Assembly: GCF_009914755.1 (NCBI RefSeq) | Contig: NC_060945.1 | Reading direction: 5' to 3' (one strand) | DNA length: 64,000 nt | Origin: the human T2T-CHM13v2.0 reference genome, Homo sapiens | Shown: positions 35,891-62,300 of the stretch, one piece after another | Position numbering within the stretch: the first letter of the stretch is position 1 | Layout: the number at the start of each line of letters is the position of its first letter | Program-made: the position numbers and the translations under genes | The notes under the pieces: model-generated | Told to the model about the DNA's origin: nothing | What the model saw: the letters and a program-made list of their open reading frames with translations, nothing else | Database searches by the model: none

Positions 35891-38014
35891 TTTCTGGTTT
35901 TATGACCCCCTTCTTATCTAAGTGTATGCTCTGTGCCCCGCACATACAAACTAGTTCCCATAACATGTGTAATATAATCCCTCCTTTCCCAGGGTTTCCC
36001 GGCTTCCTATCCTTCCCCTTAGCTTTCTGTCATCAGTTTTTCCTAGGATTTCTGGTTCAGCCTATGTCAAAGTGAGAGTCACCAACATAGTTGATGATAA
36101 ATACTGTTTGATTACAGGAATGTAGGAAGATGCGCAAGCATTCTACTAAAAATGCTTTTCCCACAGATAGAGTAAACCAAGGTTGTTTAGGTTTTGTAAG
36201 ACTGGCATTCAACTATAAATAGGCCTTATGTATGTTTACTAAATCAGAAAACATTTAATATAGCTAAATTTTAAATAATCAACAACAGAAAATAAAAATA
36301 TTTTGCCCCACCGTCTTAAGGTTACAAAGACTTAGAGGTATATTTTATTTACATGCATGCATACACACACACAAACACACAAACACAAATCATATATAGA
36401 TGTGTAGAAAATATAGAAAAGTAGAAAAATGTATACAAATATTTGAAATACATTATGTGGAATCATGTTTGTATTTTTTTAGCTTAGGAAAGAAAGCCAT
36501 TAAAAGACTTACATGTCAATAACCATGATACTATAGGATTTTAGTAGTTGCAGAGTATTACATTACTTAAATAAATGATTCATGGAATAGTCTTTTTTTA
36601 TTGGACAAGGGATTTTCCCCTCCCCCTCAATCTTTGAGAGTTAGAAACAATGCAGAGATGAGTGTCTTTATAGTTAAACCTTTGTACATTTCATAATTTA
36701 CTCATGATAAATTTTCAAGTTGAATTCCTAGGCCAAAGGGTATACAGATTTTAAAGACTTTCAATGTTGGCAGATATCACTGTAGGATAATTATACCAAT
36801 TTATACTCTTAACAGTAATATATGAGTGTATATATTTACCTATTCCTTGCCAGTTCTGGAAATTGTGAATTTAACAGAATCTTCCAAAAAGCATTGAAAA
36901 TTGGTCTGGGAATGTAAATATCCTTTTCTTCCCCATTCAGCTTACTAATGAATCTATCATAATCTCAGCTGTCTGAATCTAAAAGAGAACCAGTAAAATT
37001 GAGATAACAAGTTTATTGCAAAATAAATGACCTGAAAGCCACAGGCATTGGGTGAGGTAGGAGAAGGGCAGGTAGTGGTGACTGAGGTGACTCTGTGTTT
37101 GGGTTTTTGAAAAGATTGTAGATTTGAAGGATAATGAGTTCAGAGAAGTAGAAAGGCAAATAGGGGCTGTTATAAATAAGGACAGTGGCATGAGCCAACG
37201 GGGTTATCTCTCATATTTAAAGAACATGGCTAGATCTGGTTTCCCTATAAGTTGATTCCTTACTGTTATTCTGAGTTGAATGCATATCTTTTGTCTCAGT
37301 GAAGCCTGAATGGCTTTTGATGTCTCTGATCTGGAAAGGTTGTTTGTGTATCTCAGAATAAGTCATTTTGCTAAAAAAGGCTACTCCTGAGGGAGAGCAG
37401 TGGAAAAAAGAGTTGGAAAAGTGGATTGTAGCTAGTTGAAAAAAGGATTTGAATGTCAAGCTTTAGGAATTAGGTTCTTATTTGGTATGTTACAGGCAAC
37501 CATATGGACTTTTGAGCAGGTGAAAAGTACAGTATTAATGGGTAGGGATAGCTTGGGAGGGAAGGAGACATGGACATTGAGCTTCAGAAAAACCAGTTAG
37601 TAAAATGTTTCAGATAATACATTGGTAATAGAAAAAGATCCATTGAAATGTGAGGCATTCACATGGAAAGAACTGGCAGAATGTGGTAATTAACAGCTAT
37701 AAGGACCCCAAAATAAAAGGAGTAATCAAACATCACTCAAAGCTTTTAGCACAGTTTTTGAGAACAGTGTCAGAAGGAGAAGACAACTTTGTTCCTAAAA
37801 GTTATATTGTAAAATAAATGTAGCTTATACATTTTTGAAAGTGAAATCTCAGGATTCATGGTATCATTACTTCTACTTGCCAAATTATTAAAATGGTGTT
37901 ATATTTCTTAAGATATTTTAAAGCCTCTATTGTAGAACAGAAATAGTAGAAAATGGAACTAATGTTTATTAACAGTTACTATGGAAGAGGGAATAGAAAT
38001 GTGTTGCTCTTGAA

Positions 38015-38253
38015 CAGGTTTATTCAGCTTTGGCACTATTGACATTTTGGGCTAGCTAATTCCTTGTCACGGGCAGTATGTCCTGTGTGTAGGATGTTAA
38101 GCAGCATTTCTGGCCTCCACCCACTAGATATAGTAGCACACCCGCGCCCCTCCCCTCCTCCCTGCCCCCGTGACAACCAAAAATGTCTTTAGACATTGCC
38201 AGATGTCCCTTGGGCAGCAAAAATTGCTCCCTCTCCCCAGTTAAGAGCCATAG
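38015..38253. mobile_element. MER20 hAT element
   Basis: ggcactattgacattttggg ... gtgacaaccaaaaatgtctttagacattgccagatgtccc ... gttaagagcca. Confidence 0.9.
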
Positions 38254-38769
38254 TTCTAGAGTACAGAATTAGTACCACTAAATAAAAGTTATTGGTGTGT
38301 TTAGAACAGTGCCTAGCACATAGCTGGTACTCAAATATTTGTTGAATAAATGAGTAGTCAGATTTTCATTGTGAATTAAAAACAGAACAAAACTTGATGT
38401 CTGACCTTTCAAGTTGCTTTTACAAAAGAAATGGGATGTCCATTGAACATCTGTTTTAGATCTGATTTCCCAATCTGGATTATTAAAATGAGGAGGCTAT
38501 TTTTTCCCAGTATATAAATGATTCTAATACTTTTTGCTGTAAAACTTTTGGAGTCTCTCTGCTAAATTATGTTCCAGTTTCTTAGCTTGGGATTCAAGTC
38601 ATAAATATACTAGGTCTGTCTTACCTTTCAATGCTTTTATTTGTTCCCTTTTGAACATGGCTGAATTTTACCTTTCTGTCTCCCTGCCCGCCATTCTTGC
38701 TACCCCTCCTTCCTTTTTCCACTCTCATCTTTTTCCCATTTTCCAGTCTGTAAATCCTACCTATCCTTT

Positions 38770-40570
<1,801 letters not shown>

Positions 40571-41147
40571 TAACTACATATTTTTTACATCTGCACAGTG
40601 TTTTGGAAAAAGTGGTTCAACTGAAAGAATGAAAAGTTGGGGGCAGAATTTGCTTTAAAAAAAAATTAAAAAAAGGGCATTGAAAAAAGTTTCAGTGGTG
40701 TTGGGAGGGCCTTGGAACAAGGAGTGAATGGAAGATGAGGGAGTGGAGGGAGGCCATGTATGGACTCTTTCTACAGACCAGGCTGTTGAAGGAGAGAGGG
40801 CTAACAGGAAATGAAGTGCAGGGGGAAGTTTTTTGAAGATGGGAGAAAGAAGACAACTTTTATATATTTCATTTCATTTGATTCCTTATAAATTTGTAAG
40901 GAAGATAGAGCTTGTATTATGTCAGTGAAGTTGAAAATAGAGTACAGAAAAATTAAGATACAGCACCCCCAAAACTGAGAACTTCTGAAATTTCAGAGTG
41001 AAGAAAATATTGGAAGTTAGGCTTGTTAATTGGTCTGCATGGTTCATAATTACTCTTTCTTATTAACTATTTAAGGAACATGAGACCAGGAAGTTAAATA
41101 CCCAGGTATATGCAGATGTATATCTAGAATTGGTACCAAAGTAAATA

Positions 41148-42751
41148 CAGGCATACCTTGGAGATACTGTAGGTTCCATTATAGACTACCACAATAAAGT
41201 GAATATCACCATAAAGCAAGGCACACAAATATTTTGATTTACCAGTGTATGTAAATATTATGTTTATATTCTACTGCAGTCTATTAAATGTTCAATAGCG
41301 TTATATTTAAAAAAACAATGTGCATACTTTAATTTAAAAATACTTTATTGCTAAAAAATGCTACTGATCATCTGAGCTTTCAGTAAATTGTAAGATTTTT
41401 TGCTGATAGAGGATGTTGGTGGCTGCTGACTGATCCCAACAGTGATTGCTGAAGGTTGGGGTGCCTCTGGCAGTTTCTTACAATAAGACAACAATGAAGT
41501 TTGCTACATTGATTGCCTCTTTCTTTCATGAAAGATTTCTCTGTAGCACTTGATGCTGTTTGATAGCATTTTTTACCCAAAAGTAGAACTTTTTTTCAAA
41601 ATTGTAGTCAGCTCAAACCCTGCCACTGCTTTAACAACTAAGGTTATATAGTATTCTAAATCCTTTGTTGTCATTCAATAATTTCACAGCCTTTTCACCA
41701 GGAGTAGTTTCCATCTTTAAGAAACCACTTTCTTGGGTCATCTGTAAGGAACAACTCCTAATCTGTGCAAGTTTTATCATGAGATTGCAGCAATTCAGTC
41801 ACATCTTCAGGCTCCACTTCTAATTCTCTTGCTGTTTCCACTACATCTGCAGTAACTTCCTCCACTTGAGTCTTGAACCTCTCAAAGTCATCCATGAGAG
41901 TTGGAGTCAACTTCTTCCAAACACCTGTTCATGTTGATATTTTGACTTCCTCTCATGAATTATGAATGTTCTTAATGACATCCACGGTGGTGAAATCTTT
42001 CCAAAAGGTTTTCAGTTTATTTTGCCCAAATCTGCTACAGGAATCACTTTTTTTTTTTTTTGAGACAGAGTCTCTCTTTGTCGGCCTGGCTGGAGTGCAG
42101 TGGTGTGATCTTGGTTTACTGCAACCTCTGCCTCCTGGTTCAAGAGATTCTCCTGACTCAGCCCCCCGAGTATCTGGGACTACAGGTGTGTGCCACCACG
42201 CCTGGCTAATTTTTGTATTTTTAGTAGAGATGGGGTTTTGCCATGTTGGCTAGGGTGTTCTCGAACTCCCAGCTTCAAGTGATCCTTCTGCCTTGGCGTC
42301 CCAGAGTGCTGGGATTACAGGCATTAGCCGCCATGCCTGGCCGAAATGTATTTCTTAAACAGTAAGACTTAAAAATTGAAATTACTCATTGATGCATGGG
42401 CTGCAGGATAGATGTTGTATTGTACCTGCAGGCATGAAAGTAACATTCTTCTTTCTGAACATATCCATCAAAGCCCTCGAATGACATGGTCCATTGTTAG
42501 TGAGTGCTAATATTTTGAAATGAATGTTTTTTCCTTAGCAGTAGGTCTTGACAGTGGACTGAAAATATTCAGTAAGCCAACCTCTAAACAGATGTGCTGT
42601 CATCCAGGAGACTGTTGTTCCATATGTAGACAGCAAGCAGATTAGATATAGCATAATTCTTAAGAGCTCTAGGACTTTTTGAGTGGCAAATGAGCATTAG
42701 CTTCAACGTCAAGTTACCAGCTGCATTAGCCCCTAACAAGAGACTCAGTTT

Positions 42752-42788
<37 letters not shown>

Positions 42789-43495
42789 AAGGAGACAAGA
42801 GTCTCACCTTGTTGTCCAGGCTGGCCTTGAACTCCTGGGCTCAAGTGATTCTCTCACCTTGGCCTCTCAAAGTGCTGGAATAACAGGTGTGGCCCCAGCC
42901 TGATCTTTGAAGCAAGGCATTGATTTTCCCTCTCTAGCTGTGAAAGTCCTAGATGGCATCTTCTTCTAATGGAAGGCTCTTTTGTCTACATAAAACATCT
43001 TGTTTAGTATAGCCACCTCCAGCAATGATCTTAGATAGATATTCTGGATAACTTGCTACAGCTTCCATGTCAGCACTTGCTGCTTCACTTTCCACTTTTA
43101 TGTTATGACAAGAGCATTTTTCCTCATGAGCCAACCTTTACTTGCTTCCAGTTTTTCTTCTGCAGTTTTCTCACCTCTCTCAGCCTTCATAGAACTGAAA
43201 AAGATTAGAGCCTTGCTGTGGATTAGGCTTTTTGCCTAAGGGAATGTTGTGGCTGGTTTGATCTTCCATATGGACCACTAAAACTTTCTTCATATTAGCA
43301 ATAAGATTGTTTCATGTTCACTGACATAGTGCTTTTAATTTTATTCAAGAATTTTTCGTTTACATTCATAATTGGCTGAGTGGTACAAGAGGCCTAGTTT
43401 TAGGCCTTTCTCACTTTTTGATATTCCTTCCCCACTAAGATTAATCATTTGTAGCTTTTCAGTTAAAGTGAGAGGCATGTGACTTTTCCTTTCCC
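41148..43495 (-). mobile_element. Tigger1 (TcMar) DNA transposon, one end missing, with Alu 42047-42342 and Alu monomer ~42750-42900
   Basis: TA + TIR caggcatacct at 41146; ORF 42949-43134 [35 protein letters not shown] resembles Tigger1/TIGD1 transposase. Confidence 0.92.
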
Positions 43496-43499
43496 TGAA

Positions 43500-44950
43500 T
43501 TGTTTGGGCATTATATATTACTTCTGTTGCACTACAGTGTCAGAGTTGGTTGCTGCAGAGAGCACATATATTTCAAATTGCTGCTCTGCATGCTACAAAT
43601 CACAATGACATAGTTACTGTTTGTCAGTATGTGTGTGTGTGTGTGCACCACACATATTGCCCTGGCATCTTATTTATTTCTCTCATTACCAGTGCATACC
43701 TACCTATCATGTTAAAACAAGAAAGGGAGAAAAGTGGACTTTATATGTAACACTTTAGAGGCATAGTGGAATGTATATTATTATTAACAAATTAGATAGC
43801 AAAGCATTATATTTGTTATGCTAGAAGACTATGGCTGTGCTAAAAGAATATAATATATGTCAACATTGCCAGACTGGGCACTTCTCACAATATTCCCAAC
43901 CAACAGGAATAAAACTAAAGGTCAGAAAAAAAAAAGTAAATTAAAACAAAATTTTATCACAGCAGAATTTCTTCTCAAAAACAAAAAATGGAAATTAGGC
44001 TATAATTAAAGTAAGTTTTTCAATGGCTTGTTAGCCAAGCAAGGAAAACCATTACCAACAGTAGTTAATTAAATTATGTTTTATTATGGTAACCAAAGAT
44101 GTGTCCATAGAAAATAAACTTTAAAAAAGACTATTAGCCTTTCAGCAAGAGTAATTGCTCTAAAAGTTAAGGACATTGGGAGTAATATCAAGTCATTTTG
44201 GAAAGAAGGGTGAATGATTTTTCATGGTTTTCTTAGGCTTTTGATGGATGAATAGGTGTTACCAGTACTGTTCAGTTGTTACATATTCCAGAAGTCAGTG
44301 CTGAGTTTGAAGTGATTGAAGAATTAGTATTTATGCATAGTCTATGTGAAACAACTACAAGAGAAAATATTTTCAGAAAAGTTGAGCAAACACTAACTTA
44401 GTACAACCTGAAGTGGAATCCGCTAAGATGCGTTACAGTTGATAGTGGCAAAAATAACTGTGGAGCAGAAAGACTTGAGTTGGACAAATTTACAAAGCTT
44501 GTTAAATGTCAGGTGTTTAAAGCCTGATTATTTATTGTATTATTTATTAGCAGGTACTTTGCAGAAAATATTTAAATCTGTCATGTTTTAGTGAACTATT
44601 ATATAATAGTGTCAGCAGTGATTTTGACTTGCATTTGTGGACTTCATCATCATCAAATCCTATGAATTTTTGTTAGATATAGAGGCAGAATATACTGAAT
44701 TGCCATTATACAGAGCAATTTAATGACTTGGCAGTGGTAAAGTTTTATTTCAGTTTTTTGCGCTGAGGAATGAGATTGAAATTTTTCTGAATAATATTGC
44801 CCTCAACTGTTAAGTCAAATGCTTAATAGCTTTGAAAGTTGGCTTTTCCTATAGATTTCATAATATTTTGTAACAAATTCACCTAAAATTACAAGGCAGA
44901 ACAGTGATTATAAGTGAACCTTATACTGTGGTAAGGTCACTTCTACAAGA
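43500..44950 (+). mobile_element. Degraded hAT-Charlie family transposase fragment (GTF2IRD2/SPIN-like)
   Basis: Conceptual peptides AVLKEYNI (~43835), EFEVIEEL...SLCETTTRENIF (~44305-44375), YNLKWNPLRCVTVDSGKN (~44402); subfamily not determined. Confidence 0.75.
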
Positions 44951-45249
44951 ATAATGAATCATGAAAATCAAGAGAAAGAACAAATAGTAGGAAAATATCT
45001 TCCAATTCCTTTTGGCCCTTCATATTTCCACCTAAACTCATAAGCTTTTAAAAAGATAATTATTATTTATACTTAAAAAGATAATATAGGATAATATTTT
45101 TGTAAAAGAGTTCTTGAGATACAGCACTGAATATAAAGAAAATATTGGAGCATTCAACTACATTTGAGAAATAACTTCTGTTTATTAAAAGATACTGTAA
45201 GAATGAAAGCACAAGCCCTAATGAATATTCCTGTTTGATACTAAACCAA

Positions 45250-45642
45250 AGCTTGAGAAGTGGTAGTTTCTCAAGTTTTTCAAGTGGTTTGGTGCAATCT
45301 GAAGACTGCAATCCCATCAATGAACTTTATATCTTTACCCTTTAAAATTATAATTTATGGGCTGGGCGCAGTGGTTCACGCCTGTAATCCCAGCACTTTG
45401 GGAGGCTGAAGCGGGTGGATCACGAGGTCAGGAGCTCAAGACCAGCCTGGCCAAGATTGTGAAACCCCGTCTCTACTAAAAATACAAAAATTAGCCTGGC
45501 ATTATAGCAGTCACCTGCAATCCCACCTATGGGGGAGGCCAAGACAGAGAATCGCTTGAATCCAGGAGGTGGAGGTTGCAATGAGCCGAGATTGTGCCAC
45601 TGCACTCCAGCGTGGGTGACAGAGTGAGACTCCATCTCAGAC

Positions 45643-45715
<73 letters not shown>

Positions 45716-46715
45716 GACTACCTTGCAATTTCAGGGGATCTTTTACCCATATATGATTTTATTAGATTACTAAGTGGTCTTTGGAAAATATTGATTCACT
45801 GAGGGATCCAGATATTCCAACTATTGATACGGTTGTTTTTGTTTGTTTGTTTTGTTTTGTTTGAGACAGAATCTCACTCTGTTGCCCAGGCTGGAATGCA
45901 GTGGTGAGATCTCAGCTCACTTCCATCTCCTGGGTTCAGGTGATGCTCATGCCTCAGCCTCCTGAGTAGCTGGGACTATAGGCATGCACCACCAGGCCCA
46001 GCTAATTTTCATATTTTTAGTAGAGATGGGGTTTCACTATGTTGGCTAGGCTGGTCTTGAACTCCTGACCTCCAGTGATCCCAAAGTGCTGGGATTACAA
46101 GTGTGAGCCACCTTACCTAGTCCTACATATTTTTAATAAATAACAAAATTCACATTTGTTATAATCGACTGATCTCATCAGAAAAGTCTTTAAGTATTGG
46201 AATCAGTTAAGCTTACATTGTTGGTTGTAAGTTTTTCAAATCTTCTTATTGTCCACTCATGTTCTAAGTTGTTTTCCTTGAAGTGACAGGCTCACTTTAT
46301 TCATTTTTGAAGAAATATGTCAGAAAATCAAGTTTTAATAATTGTGGTTTGTTAGTTGTTCTTACATGTAAAAACAGTGTTCCATGAAAAAGCAGTTATT
46401 TCAGTTTATAAATCACATGATCACAAATTCTTTCCTCAAGAAAAACTATGGTGTAACAATTATTTTATGCTTTATTTCTCGTTTTGTCACATAGATAATT
46501 AAAAGATGTGTATTCATGGATCAAGACTTAAAACATTAAAGATTTTTGCTGCTTCATCAGTGATATTCTCAATGATACTCTACATTATTTTTACTGTAGT
46601 TGTAGTGCTAGTTGAGAATGTGACAACTTCTAATACAGCTTGGTGCCAGCTGCCTTCAGTTTTGGAAATGCATCAACAGTATTACCCACCATAGCTTTTG
46701 CACCATGTAACAATT
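45250..46715 (-). mobile_element. Zaphod-like (hAT-Tip100) element, interrupted by Alu 45359-45660+ with (TA)n tail and Alu 45835-46120-
   Basis: gttgttttccttgaagtgacaggctcacttt.ttcattt...gtgttccatgaaaa matches my recollection of the Zaphod consensus. Confidence 0.65.
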
Positions 46716-46719
46716 TTTG

Positions 46720-51650
<4,931 letters not shown>

Positions 51651-53073
51651 TTTGTCTCTCCTTTTACCAAAACCAAACATAAAAAAGATTTTTTTTTCAA
51701 AATCATGAGTTGATATTTATGTTTTCAGTTTAATTCAATAGCAAAATTACATATCTTTAAAACAATTTTATACCTGTAGCTAAGCTATAGTTGTATATTT
51801 TCTTTTAATATCATCTTTCCTATAACTGAAAAAGTCATTAAAAGAAGAAAAGATTATTGTTTTGTTTCAATTTCAAAGTAATCAAAACTAAGTGTACTAG
51901 TATTAAATAGTTAAAGCTAGTAGATCAATAATGAAATTTAATGTTATTGCTTTTTGCTATCTTTTTTGAGTTTACTAGTGATGTAAAAGATTTGAGTTAT
52001 TTGCTGTGATTATATAAATACTCTTTTGATGCATAATTCAGCTGTTAACATCATGTTAATTTGTGGCATTAATAATTTTACTGATAGCCCTTCTGTGATT
52101 CTGATTTTTGGTAGTGGTTTTTACCTGGTAAGTAACGTTTTGTCAGCTGGCAGGTACTGGAAATCTGCTTTATCACTTCTTTTTTAAGAAAAGTGGAAAA
52201 CACAAAGAGTTTGTTCACCAAAGTTATATTTCAAGGATTCCATTCGACCAGAATCTGGTTCACCTTATTAACTTAACTTGGGGGTATATGTACTAGATTT
52301 TTACATACATCTGTTTGGAGAAACTTGTTTTATCTGTGTAATGTTTGTAAGACCAGAAGTTCTTTTACTGTTCTTGAAATAAAACTTTTAAGAAGCTGAG
52401 TATACTTCTGTTAGTTTCAAATATGGACTATAATTACACCAAGGTTTTGGACTAAAGAGGAAGCAAATAATCTGTTCTTATGTTCTTAAAAGACATGATT
52501 TAAGTGTATCCAACTAGATTCTTAGTGTGTCTGTGTTTACTCCTACTCAAATGAAAGCTTTTAAAATTTTTCCCACTTTTTGAAGTATTTAACTCTTCTG
52601 TAATATGCAGTGTCTTCTTATTAACTTTAAAGTTGTGTTAAGCAAATATGTTTAAACTAATATTTCAATTTCAAAAACCCTAATTTGAAACAATAAATTT
52701 TATCATTGTATACATTATGAGCTTTTAAGAATAACCAAAAAAATGGGGGTGGATGTTTTATGTGGAAGTTATGTGTATCCCTTTTCTGCTTTTGGCTGAG
52801 GACAGATATCTTAGAATTAGCTTTATGATGCATTCATCTATCTGATTATTTCAGTTAATATCATCTTAATATAATACAGGTTACTTGAGAAGAAAAACTC
52901 TTAACCCAGTATTGGAGAGATGCCAGGTAGGATACTAACCTTGATATAGGATTTCATGTGAGAAAGAAAAAGGAAAATATTTTCCATTAAAAGTTGAGTT
53001 TTTATCTAAAATTCTCTTAATTTTCTAAAAAAACTTAATTTTTCTAAAAATATGTTGAAGAATTATATATAAA

Positions 53074-53152
53074 ATTCACTTTGCTATATATATAGCTATA
53101 TATAGAGAGAGAGCTATATAGCTCTCTCTCTATATATATAGAGCAAGTGAAT
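53074..53152. repeat. Perfect 42-bp palindrome (53097-53138) inside a longer hairpin
   Basis: tatatatagagagagagctat|atagctctctctctatatata; outer arms attcactttgct / agcaagtgaat. Confidence 0.95.
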
Positions 53153-53537
53153 AATAGGTACACATTTCTAGGAATACCCCAAATATTAGAACCTACATAC
53201 TAAAATCACATCAGGAAACAAATAATAGTGCCCCAGACATTCCATTCAAGCCTCCTGCTGGTTACTATTCCTAACTCCCCAGCGACATGCACTATCATCT
53301 AGTAACAACATAGATGAGTCTTGCCTATGTTTGTACTTTGCGTAATTGGCTTCGTACTTTGTATAATTGAGCTACTAAGTACTGTTTTCTGTCATCTTTC
53401 AGGTATATATTTGTGAGATAAATCCAAATTGTTCCTTCCAGTCATTTATTTTTCTCATTGATATATAGTATTCTGTTGTTAAGAGTACTATAATTTATTT
53501 ATTTTACCATTGGTCATTTTGAGGACTTTCAATTTGA

Positions 53538-59668
<6,131 letters not shown>

Positions 59669-60557
59669 TAAGAGTGTTGACATTTGAGAAGTTCCCTGTA
59701 GAAATCCATTCTTTGATATTGTCTATGATTTTACAAGTACTTTTTATTTGGTTTAGGAAGATACATTCCAGACTGTGTATATATAGTAAACATTTTCTTT
59801 TAATGCCGAGTGCTCTTCATTAGCTATTTAATTGTACCATATGGGTTTGAAGCGTTCCCCTAAATGTAGTGTTTTATTTTCCTTCTTTTATTCACTGATA
59901 TCTTTATATGATATTGTAAATTAGTACGTTAGATATATTCCAGTACTTTTCATAATAGTTTAGCTAATATAATATTTTTCATTGCAGATATGATTAAGAG
60001 AACATATTGGTGTTTCTAAAATGAGAAAGACATTGAGAAGCTGGTCAATTTAAATTATTTTCTGTTATTATATACTTACCTCTCATTATATTTTATCTGC
60101 CAAGATTATTTTTAGTGCAAAAGGCTTCTGCAAAACTTGCCATATAGTATCAAAATAAGCGATTTTAGATTTTAACAATTTAGCAGAAATTAGTTATGTT
60201 AATGAGTTGTTATAAACATTTTTCAACAGATTGATTGTACTTTTTCTTTCGACATTTACGTGACCTTTCTCTTTGGACATTTAGACTACCAAGGTGTTGT
60301 ATTTGCAGTTAATTCTGGGTTCTGTTAATGCACTAAACATATTTAGATACCTTGGGAGTTACAATATAAAAAATTACCTGTTTTGTAAAAGCTGGTTATT
60401 ACACTTTATCAATGAAGACAAATATTTTTTTGTGTTTCTAATGCATTAATACCCTTGAGTGCCAAAATAGCACCGAAATGTTATTCTGTATACTTATAAA
60501 TATTATATAAAATTAAAGTGTCACAACAGTAATTAGTGTTTATGAGTTATTTAGAAG

Positions 60558-60751
60558 CTTCTCCTGCTTCAGCCTCCTGAGTAGCTGGGACTACAGGTGC
60601 CTGCCACCACATCCGGCTAATTTTTTGTATTTTCAGTAGAGATGGAGTTTCACTGTGTCAGCCAGGATGGTCTCGATCTCCTGACCTCGTGATCCGCCCG
60701 CCTTGGCCTTCCAAAGTGCCGAGATTACAGGTGTGAGCCACCGGGCCGGCC
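60558..60751 (-). mobile_element. Antisense Alu lacking its tail and about 100 bp of the right arm
   Basis: Begins abruptly at ttctcctgcttcagcctcc after unique AT-rich DNA. Confidence 0.9.
60640..60730 (+). other. BAGE: Alu-derived 91-bp non-coding exon of BAGE (short-isoform 3'UTR)
   Basis: Acceptor tttcagtag|AGATGGAG and donor GATTACAG|gtgtga, typical antisense-Alu exonization sites; the junctions match my recollection of BAGE cDNA (...aataggagg|agatggag...gattacag|cgatgtgc...). Confidence 0.78.
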
Positions 60752-62137
60752 AGAGTTTTGTATCTCTTTGTTTTCTTCTTTCTGATTCAGCCCTCAGCAG
60801 TCATTTAGCTTTGTTATGTTGATTCAATGCAGTAGACTGATGACAGTGAGGAAGAGTTTGATAGTATGTGAGATACAGATTTACACATAAAACATTGAAA
60901 ACAATTATAATTTTAACTACTGTAGTCCCTGGTTAATTAGCAGAATATAAAGTCAGTGTAGTAACATGTGAAGATATCCACAGTAATGTTAGCAGGGTCC
61001 AACTGTCTCTGCTGCGTGAGGCTCCAGTTATCTCAGCTAAGCTGTTTATGAGCCACACTCACAAACAAGATCACCAAAAGTTAAGTATTTTTGGTATATG
61101 TATAGGAACACCTATCTATTAGGGCCTGTTTGAAGCAGCATTTTTGGTGCTTTGGATACAAAGATAGTATGGTGCATCAACTGAAGGATCTTGGATTAGG
61201 ATGAGAAAAAGGTAAACTGATCATGTAATGGCATAAGCAAGTAGGTACCATGTAACGGTGTAAACAAAAATTTATGTTAGATAGTCATTTCCCACAGAGA
61301 GATTTCATACTGTATAGTACAGGGCCCATCAGACTCTCTTCAAAGAAAATGATGCTCAAAATGGACTTGGGAGAATGAGGAAGAGTTTGTGAATCATTCT
61401 AAGGGAAAACTGAATAAGTAAATGCAACATTTTACATAATTTCTTCCGACTTCTTATGTGTTCACTTGCCCTAGACTGCCCCTCTTGTTTGGGGCTTATT
61501 TCTGTGCATTTTACCACTTGCAAGATAATGGAGGCAGGTTGAAATGGGAAAGATACCAGATGACTAATTTTTTCCCCCACATTTCCATCTTTTGTTAAGA
61601 AATTTGAAGTTGATTGCTACATTGAAGTATGTAGTTTTGTTTTTTTTGTGAGTCTTTAACCATTTGTGTCCCTGTTAACTTATAATTGATGAATTTATTT
61701 TGTATTTATTTTTAGGCAGGGTAAAAAATAGTAATATGTCTTATAAATAATATATGTTCCTATTACTAGTTTTGGTAGGATTTAAAAACTTTATAATAAT
61801 CCTCAATATAGAAACCTGCCCCTTTAACCATATTACTATTTGCTTTTAAAAAATATTTTAGGTTTTGTTTATAAAATGCTTCACAATTTATTTTTGAAAA
61901 TATAAGGAATGAAATTCTAACTTTCTAATTTGAATGGAAGGATGAGTTGGTAGCACACGAAGCACAAAATTGAGTAATGTAGATTTTATTATTTTTAATG
62001 AATCCTTTGTTTAATATTTTGCAGGTTCAATTTGTTTACTTGTGATGTACAGAGAGTTTTTTATACCTTCCCAGCTTATATTTGAATATTCCTTTTCAAG
62101 GTTTTATAAAGAGATTTCTCTCCTTTACCCCTTTCAG

Positions 62138-62300
62138 CGATGTGCATTTTGTAAGCACTTTGGAGCCACTATCAAATGCTGTGAAGAGAAATGTACCCAG
62201 ATGTATCATTATCCTTGTGCTGCAGGAGCCGGCTCCTTTCAGGATTTCAGTCACATCTTCCTGCTTTGTCCAGAACACATTGACCAAGCTCCTGAAAGAT
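62138..62300 (+). pseudogene. KMT2C: Duplicated KMT2C (MLL3) PHD-region exon (163 bp, likely exon 7), reused as a BAGE exon
   Basis: ctttcag|CGA...AGAT|gtaagt; original frame RCAFCKHFGATIKCCEEKCTQMYHYPCAAGAGSFQDFSHIFLLCPEHIDQAPER; shifted frame DVHFVSTLEP...LLKD is the BAGE2/3-type C-terminal part; paralogous copy, not the parent gene. Confidence 0.92.
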
